A stretch of DNA of 64,000 bases from a virus, in IMG/VR virus record IMGVR_UViG_3300032285_003393, positions 37,704 to 101,703 of that record; one strand, written 5' to 3'. Under the pieces are notes generated by a model. It ran no database searches and was not told the origin of the DNA. It was given only the letters and a program-made list of their open reading frames with translations. Below, piece by piece: positions 59,618-64,000 of this stretch; within the stretch, counting starts at the first letter, position 1; every line of letters begins with the position of its first letter. The translations under genes were made by a program, and so were the position numbers.

Positions 59618-60250
59618 ATGAGAAAATATTCAAAGTTCCATCTAACACTAGTTATATTGATAACTATGGCTAATTCTATGTTTGGGGTCCCAGGGTTTCA
59701 ACATGTAGAAAAAGCGACAGCACTTGACTTTAAAAATCAAGCTATGTATAATAAAAATATATCTAATATATATAATAATATAAATATTAAATATATAAGT
59801 ATTAAATTATATAATATAAATATATTAAATAATATTAATAATAATAAAACAAAACTGAATAATACACTTAGCTTCACAGAAAAAACTGAGATCTTAATGT
59901 ATTCTATTAAACAAGTTGAATCTAATGGCAGGTATAAGGCTAAATCAAAATGGTCTTCAGCTTGTGGAGCATATCAGTATATGCCCATCACTTGGAATAA
60001 CTATAAGGGTTTCAAAAACGCATGTCTAGCCCCTGAGTGGGCACAAGATGCCAGAATGCGTGGAGAAGTTAAGTATCTCTGGAAAAAGTATGGCGATTGG
60101 TCTAAAGTCATCGCTGCACATTATTCGCCAGCCTACGCTGGGGATAAGTCCAAATGGGGTAAATCCTGGGGCGGACTTAGCATAAGAGAATATGTTCATC
60201 GTGTGCAAACAAGAATGAACAAAATAATAGTAGGCTTGGCTACTACATAA
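59618..60250 (+). CDS. Secreted lytic transglycosylase-like (SLT/lysozyme fold) protein with Asn/Ile-rich linker
   Basis: N-terminal signal-like segment; ESNGRY, ACGAYQYMPITW, QD, AAHY motifs. Confidence 0.8.
   Translation: MRKYSKFHLTLVILITMANSMFGVPGFQHVEKATALDFKNQAMYNKNISNIYNNINIKYISIKLYNINILNNINNNKTKLNNTLSFTEKTEILMYSIKQVESNGRYKAKSKWSSACGAYQYMPITWNNYKGFKNACLAPEWAQDARMRGEVKYLWKKYGDWSKVIAAHYSPAYAGDKSKWGKSWGGLSIREYVHRVQTRMNKIIVGLATT
59724..59752 (+). promoter_or_regulatory. Near-consensus sigma70/sigmaA promoter internal to the transglycosylase gene
   Basis: TTGACT (59724-29), 17-bp spacer, TATAAT (59747-52). Confidence 0.7.
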
Positions 60251-60258
60251 TTAAATAG

Positions 60259-60284
60259 GTGGGGGGATGTAAAAGTCCCCCCAC
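60259..60284 (+). terminator. GC-rich stem-loop after the transglycosylase gene
   Basis: GTGGGGGGA / TCCCCCCAC 9-bp stem just after the stop; no U-tract. Confidence 0.6.
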
Positions 60285-60306
60285 TCCTACTAGAGAGTTA
60301 AATAAA

Positions 60307-60510
60307 ATGCAACTAGCAGTATTTATAAAAAAGCAATTATCAGATGATCCATATATGTGTATCAATCAAGATCATGCTATGCCCCTAGTTGCTAAAATTA
60401 ATATTGAGATGGAAATAGAATTAAAATGTTTTACAGGATATTGTGATTTTAAAATAAAACCTGGTATTAATACATATGAAAAACTTTTGAAAGAATTCCC
60501 TAGTGACTAG
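60307..60510 (+). CDS. Small Cys/His hypothetical protein
   Basis: CINQDH...CFTGYC; start moved to ATG 60307 because the ORF-track start lies in the hairpin. Confidence 0.6.
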   Translation: MQLAVFIKKQLSDDPYMCINQDHAMPLVAKINIEMEIELKCFTGYCDFKIKPGINTYEKLLKEFPSD

Positions 60511-60961
60511 ATCTTGCGGGGAATGTACTAAATGCTGTGAAGGTTATCTTCATGGTGAATCAGATCTTGTAATGAAAAATGGGAAGACATTTAAATTAGG
60601 TGGTGCTCCATGCCCAGTTCTGCAAATTGGCAAAGGATGCACAGATTATGAGAATCGCCCAGATTCGCCTTGTAGAGGCTTTGTTTGCGAATGGATAAGA
60701 CAACCGCAGGCATACCCTGAAGAAATGCGTCCAGACCGCATTCAAACCATTTTTTCACTGCAGGAAGTGGATGGCATACCATACCTTAGAATCACTGAAG
60801 CTGGGGCTAAGTTAGATGCAGAAGTTTTATCTCACGGAGTTAAACTTGCTTTGCTTAACAGAGCAAATATCTATTGGGAAGTAGACGGCAAGATGCACTG
60901 GTTTGGAAATAAAGATTTTATTCAAGCACTTAATAAGTACAAGAAGGAGAACCTGAAATGA
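60503..60961 (+). CDS. YkgJ/CxxCxxCC family metal-binding protein
   Basis: CGECTKCC, CPVL, CTDYENRP..CRGFVC. Confidence 0.78.
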   Translation: MTRSCGECTKCCEGYLHGESDLVMKNGKTFKLGGAPCPVLQIGKGCTDYENRPDSPCRGFVCEWIRQPQAYPEEMRPDRIQTIFSLQEVDGIPYLRITEAGAKLDAEVLSHGVKLALLNRANIYWEVDGKMHWFGNKDFIQALNKYKKENLK

Positions 60962-61146
60962 GCGATGAAAAAATGGAAGCCCTTCAAGAATTGATCGCTG
61001 GAATATATATTCAACAATTAAGAATATACGACCTATTAGCCGTCCTGATAAGTGAGCGTCAGCCTGAAAAGATGAAAGAATTAGAAAAATTACATGAGGC
61101 GGGGCAAGTACTATGTCCTGATCCTGCCCTGAAATTAGAAGAATAA
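60958..61146 (+). CDS. Hypothetical protein
   Basis: 62 aa, AAGGAG RBS, ATGA overlap. Confidence 0.6.
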   Translation: MSDEKMEALQELIAGIYIQQLRIYDLLAVLISERQPEKMKELEKLHEAGQVLCPDPALKLEE

Positions 61147-61164
61147 TGATATAATGATATTATC

Positions 61165-61443
61165 ATGACTCCACAGGAGATTCGCAGCAGAATTGATAAG
61201 ATGAAGATGAAATCTGGCTGCGTCATCTGTGGATACAATAAACACCCTGCAGCCCTATCTTTTGACCATCTAGATCCGAAAACTAAATATAGAAATAAAA
61301 ATGGCAAGTCCGTACAGGTAGCCGACATGATTAAATCAGGAAGATTTGCCTGGACTACTATCTTGACAGAAATTAGAAAATGTAGGATACTTTGTACAAA
61401 CTGCCATATGGAGGAGACTCATCCGAGACCTGATTTATTATGA
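61165..61443 (+). CDS. HNH endonuclease
   Basis: CVICG...FDHLDP...KCRILCTNCH. Confidence 0.85.
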   Translation: MTPQEIRSRIDKMKMKSGCVICGYNKHPAALSFDHLDPKTKYRNKNGKSVQVADMIKSGRFAWTTILTEIRKCRILCTNCHMEETHPRPDLL

Positions 61444-61667
61444 ATAATATATACTTAATTTGCTTAACATTGTTCAACTTCGTCCTATTTACAAATCTGC
61501 AAAAAGTGAGGGCGGAAAGTGAAAAGAACAAAATATTTTTTGAAGAATTGCCAATAGTGCATGAAGCTATTAGAACAAATAGCAATGATGCCATAGGGCA
61601 GGAATCTGTATTATTTGCAGATAAGTGGTTCTATAAAGAAGATCTCCAAGTAAGAGTAAGGTTATAG
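61440..61667 (+). CDS. Hypothetical protein with N-terminal hydrophobic segment
   Basis: 75-aa ORF, ATGA overlap with the HNH gene. Confidence 0.45.
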   Translation: MNNIYLICLTLFNFVLFTNLQKVRAESEKNKIFFEELPIVHEAIRTNSNDAIGQESVLFADKWFYKEDLQVRVRL

Positions 61668-61811
61668 GGTCAAATAAATTATATAAGGCCAATAGAGAGC
61701 CTTTTAGCTATATACCCTAGGGAAAGTATGTTCTAGACAGGAACAGTATTTCCAGAAGGCTTTCAGCCTTTATCCCGCCAATTAAAATAGAAAGTTGATA
61801 TACTGTATATA

Positions 61812-62597
61812 ATGGATGATTTAAATTTTACTGAGCATGATGATTTTGTACTCATATCTACAGATAAGTACTCATTCTTCGTTAAGAAAGATAATCTAAT
61901 TAATCTTAAAGATGGTCTTACTATGCACTATGAGCATAATGAAAAATTAACTAATGCTAGTGATGAAGACCTTGCTCAAATGCATAAAAAAAGACCTAAG
62001 AGGTCTGCTATAGACGAGATTAACTATCAGATAGAGAGAAAAGGGTTTGATAGTCAGATTATAGTCCCAAATCAATTGCTATCCCGCCTTCCTTTACAAT
62101 CTCAATCTAGAAATAGAAATGGTAAGCAACATATAGCCAATAAGAGATGGAATTTTGCTCTTAAAAATAGATTTGAAAAAGCTATTGCTCTAAATGAATA
62201 TTATAAAAAAGAATCTGCTTTTGTACAGACATTTTTAGAGCCAGATGAGCTATATTCACTTCCTAAAGGATCTTGGAAAGTTTCTCCATGTCATATTTAT
62301 CCTGCTTTGACTAATAGAGATGAGAACTCTTGGACTTCCGACAAAATTTGTAGAGATCTAGGTATCATGAATAAAGGTTATGAATACACTAAAGAGTCCC
62401 CACTTAAAGGTAGACATGCTATAAATAAAATGGAAGCTCTTGCAGCATTTAGATATATGTCTAAACTTGAATGGAATCAGATGTCTGCAACTCGTAAGGC
62501 CATGTATTATATTCTATGGTTTAGAATTAAGAATAATTTTTATGAGAAGTTTGATATCACCGATATTGGATTACATTTGTTTGATCCCGCCAATTAA
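61812..62597 (+). CDS. Hypothetical protein (261 aa)
   Basis: Long ORF 7 nt after TGATATACT; no family recognised. Confidence 0.65.
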   Translation: MDDLNFTEHDDFVLISTDKYSFFVKKDNLINLKDGLTMHYEHNEKLTNASDEDLAQMHKKRPKRSAIDEINYQIERKGFDSQIIVPNQLLSRLPLQSQSRNRNGKQHIANKRWNFALKNRFEKAIALNEYYKKESAFVQTFLEPDELYSLPKGSWKVSPCHIYPALTNRDENSWTSDKICRDLGIMNKGYEYTKESPLKGRHAINKMEALAAFRYMSKLEWNQMSATRKAMYYILWFRIKNNFYEKFDITDIGLHLFDPAN

Positions 62598-62721
62598 TTC
62601 TACTACTGCATGAATTTCAATTGGAGAAAATGTTAATAATTTTATAATTTGTATGATCCACGTTTTTGAAACAATTTAAAATTAGACATAGTGTGCCCAT
62701 ATGTCTAAAAATAGAGGTTTT

Positions 62722-62737
62722 TGTGACCTATCTCACA
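62722..62737. promoter_or_regulatory. CRP/FNR-family (CRP/GlxR-type) binding site
   Basis: Exact TGTGA-N6-TCACA upstream of a promoter. Confidence 0.6.
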
Positions 62738-62778
62738 AAGATTTTTTTAGAAATGTCCGAATTGTACGCATTTTGAAC

Positions 62779-62807
62779 TTGAAAATGTCAGTGGTCTGTG
62801 TTATAGT
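62779..62807 (+). promoter_or_regulatory. Early-type promoter P1
   Basis: TTGAAA, 17-bp spacer containing TGTCAGT, TG-n-TATAGT. Confidence 0.7.
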
Positions 62808-62836
62808 TACACTATAACAATTAAATAAGAATAAAT

Positions 62837-62910
62837 CCTAGATGAGCCTCTGAGCCTTAGCAAATAATCCGAAAGGTGAGCCTAAGCAAATAAGAGCAAA
62901 TAATTCTAGG
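62837..62910 (+). ncRNA. Candidate structured leader RNA with three identical internal loops; family not recognised
   Basis: Nested stems CCUAGA/UCUAGG, CUC/GAG, CUUAG/CUAAG, CC/GG capped by GAAA, separated by three UGAGC / CAAAUAA loops. Confidence 0.65.
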
Positions 62911-62961
62911 CAAGGAAATAAGTTAGAAAGTCTAACTTAATTAAATGAAAGGTTCATAATA

Positions 62962-63192
62962 ATGAATACTAATAATTACTATAATGAAATCCGTACCGAA
63001 ATCGGTATAGAGTTTGGTCTAGAGTCACTAGGCTATGGTGTAAAGGATACTCGTATCCCCGTCCGTATTGCTCAGCGAATTGCTGATAAGTACCCTAGCG
63101 ACTTTTCTAATGGTCGCTTTAATGTAGTGCTTAATCCTAAAGCAGTACTAATTGCTAAACGTTACCGCTCCCTAGTTATGGGGGTTAAGTAA
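62962..63192 (+). CDS. Small hypothetical early protein
   Basis: 76 aa, GAAAGG RBS. Confidence 0.7.
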   Translation: MNTNNYYNEIRTEIGIEFGLESLGYGVKDTRIPVRIAQRIADKYPSDFSNGRFNVVLNPKAVLIAKRYRSLVMGVK

Positions 63193-63335
63193 TGTCATAC
63201 TCTTTTGATAAAACCTATGACCGATGGGCTGAATTGTCCGATGGTTACCAATCTGTACTAGATGAATTGGCTAATGATGAATTACCCGATGTCTTTATTC
63301 CCGTTTCTAATTTTGATGTAGAGGAGATACTATAA
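63192..63335 (+). CDS. Small acidic hypothetical protein (47 aa)
   Basis: Hand translation MSYSFDKTYDRWAELSDGYQSVLDELANDELPDVFIPVSNFDVEEIL; TAATG coupling. Confidence 0.65.
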   Translation: MSYSFDKTYDRWAELSDGYQSVLDELANDELPDVFIPVSNFDVEEIL

Positions 63336-63491
63336 ATGAAAATCACATACTCGTTATGGCAAGGGGCTAACCTATTGTCTACAGGTAACACCGCCAATAA
63401 ACCCGAAGAAATCCTAGAGGTTATTAGCGAATTAAATAAACTAGGTAAGGGCTTTACCTATAATGTAAGAGCAGTAGAGGTAAATAAATAA
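63336..63491 (+). CDS. Small hypothetical protein (51 aa)
   Basis: MKITYSLWQGANLLSTG...VEVNK; GAGGAG RBS; abuts upstream stop. Confidence 0.65.
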   Translation: MKITYSLWQGANLLSTGNTANKPEEILEVISELNKLGKGFTYNVRAVEVNK

Positions 63492-63664
63492 TGATGACTC
63501 GTAAAGACTATGTAAAGGTTGCTGATATTCTTTCAGGATATTCGCATGCGATGATAGATAACTTTTGGTGGGAAGATTTGGTAAATGATTTTGCTTTAAT
63601 GTTTGAGCAAGATAATCCAAACTTTAATCGTGAACAATTTACTAAAGCTTGCGAATTAGATTGA
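63491..63664 (+). CDS. Small phage protein of the MTRKDY...DNPxF..F..AC type (57 aa)
   Basis: MMTRKDYVKVADIL...FEQDNPNFNREQFTKAC; GAGGT RBS; TAATG coupling. Confidence 0.72.
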   Translation: MMTRKDYVKVADILSGYSHAMIDNFWWEDLVNDFALMFEQDNPNFNREQFTKACELD

Positions 63665-63716
63665 ACATGATCACAGTAAGGTAGTTGATAATTCAACTAT
63701 TTTGCTGCGCCCCGCC

Positions 63717-63792
63717 TGTGGTGTAAATCACAAAAATAAATCTACGACACGCCCGAAAAACACCCCAATTTGTCAGTCCCCCATGCTATAAT
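63717..63792 (+). promoter_or_regulatory. Early-type promoter P2 with upstream CRP-like box
   Basis: TGTGG-N6-TCACA (63717-32), TGTCAGT (63771-77), TGCTATAAT (63784-92). Confidence 0.7.
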
Positions 63793-64000
63793 TCCTACAT
63801 AACAACAACAAGAAAGGTTCATCACTATGAACACTGTTTATCTGATTGACTACATGTATGAGGGTCCTCTTACTGTTGCATTTTCTACACTAGAAAAGGC
63901 TCAAGCCTTTATCGCCAACAACGAGCATATAGCGGACATGCTTAGTGTGATTAGTATCACAGTAGATGAAGTCTAAAAACACCCCAATTTGTCAGTCCCC
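63756..64000 (+). repeat. Identical 26-bp direct repeats bounding a mini-gene (second copy cut by the window edge)
   Basis: AAAAACACCCCAATTTGTCAGTCCCC at 63756-63781 and 63975-64000. Confidence 0.92.
63827..63976 (+). CDS. Small hypothetical protein (49 aa)
   Basis: MNTVYLIDYMYEGPLTVAFSTLEKAQAFIANNEHIADMLSVISITVDEV; AGAAAGG RBS. Confidence 0.72.
   Translation: MNTVYLIDYMYEGPLTVAFSTLEKAQAFIANNEHIADMLSVISITVDEV

Noticed and set aside
62837-62910. Hammerhead ribozyme, c-di-GMP riboswitch or 11-nt tetraloop receptor
   Set aside because: No CUGAUGA core with correct stems, GEMM architecture not met, and CCUAAG lacks a UAUGG partner; kept as an unknown motif
63508-63696. Minus-strand 62-aa ORF from the track
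   Set aside because: Antisense to the better-supported plus-strand ORF 63491..63664
63746-63750. GACAC WhiA-type box upstream of P2
   Set aside because: A single 5-mer with no equivalent at P1; not distinguishable from chance
63756-64000. 26-bp direct repeats as a CRISPR array
   Set aside because: The intervening 193 bp holds a -10, RBS and full ORF; the repeat is a promoter segment
1-64000. Stop-codon reassignment, tRNA genes or a diversity-generating retroelement
   Set aside because: Genes are full length in the standard code; no cloverleaf, reverse transcriptase or adenine-specific repeat pair was seen by eye

Overview
This window is part of a large, AT-rich tailed dsDNA phage genome (siphovirus-type, HK97-fold capsid, 2177-aa tape measure protein). 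Genes from 1 to 59542 are on the minus strand. In window order they are: a sugar-modification cluster (dTDP-glucose dehydratase-like enzyme, three GT-A glycosyltransferases, a methyltransferase); recombination/replication genes (RuvC, Cas4-like nuclease, resolvase, RecA, MazG, DnaE, SSB, DnaG, DnaB); holin and metallophosphoesterase; tail and head genes (with a -1 frameshifted tail chaperone); a block of Ser/Thr-rich fibre genes; class II RNR; and a GT4. Orientation flips at ~59.6 kb into a plus-strand region of small genes ending in an early-type array of promoter-bounded mini-ORFs. Gene content and order resemble large actinophages of the Streptomyces BE/BK type. Extended -10 promoters, apparently leaderless genes and GAAAGG-type RBSs point to an actinobacterial host (inference). 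No terminase, tRNA, CRISPR array or integrase was seen. The most unusual elements are non-coding: (1) a rod-like leader RNA with three identical internal loops, one of them flipped (62837-62910); (2) a near-consensus promoter firing into a 103-bp block with only two G/C bases, embedded in frame in a transglycosylase gene next to the strand switch (candidate R-loop origin); (3) repeated early promoters with CRP-type boxes and a fixed-position TGTCAGT element bounding mini-gene cassettes. All product calls come from motif recognition by eye; no database searches were run.
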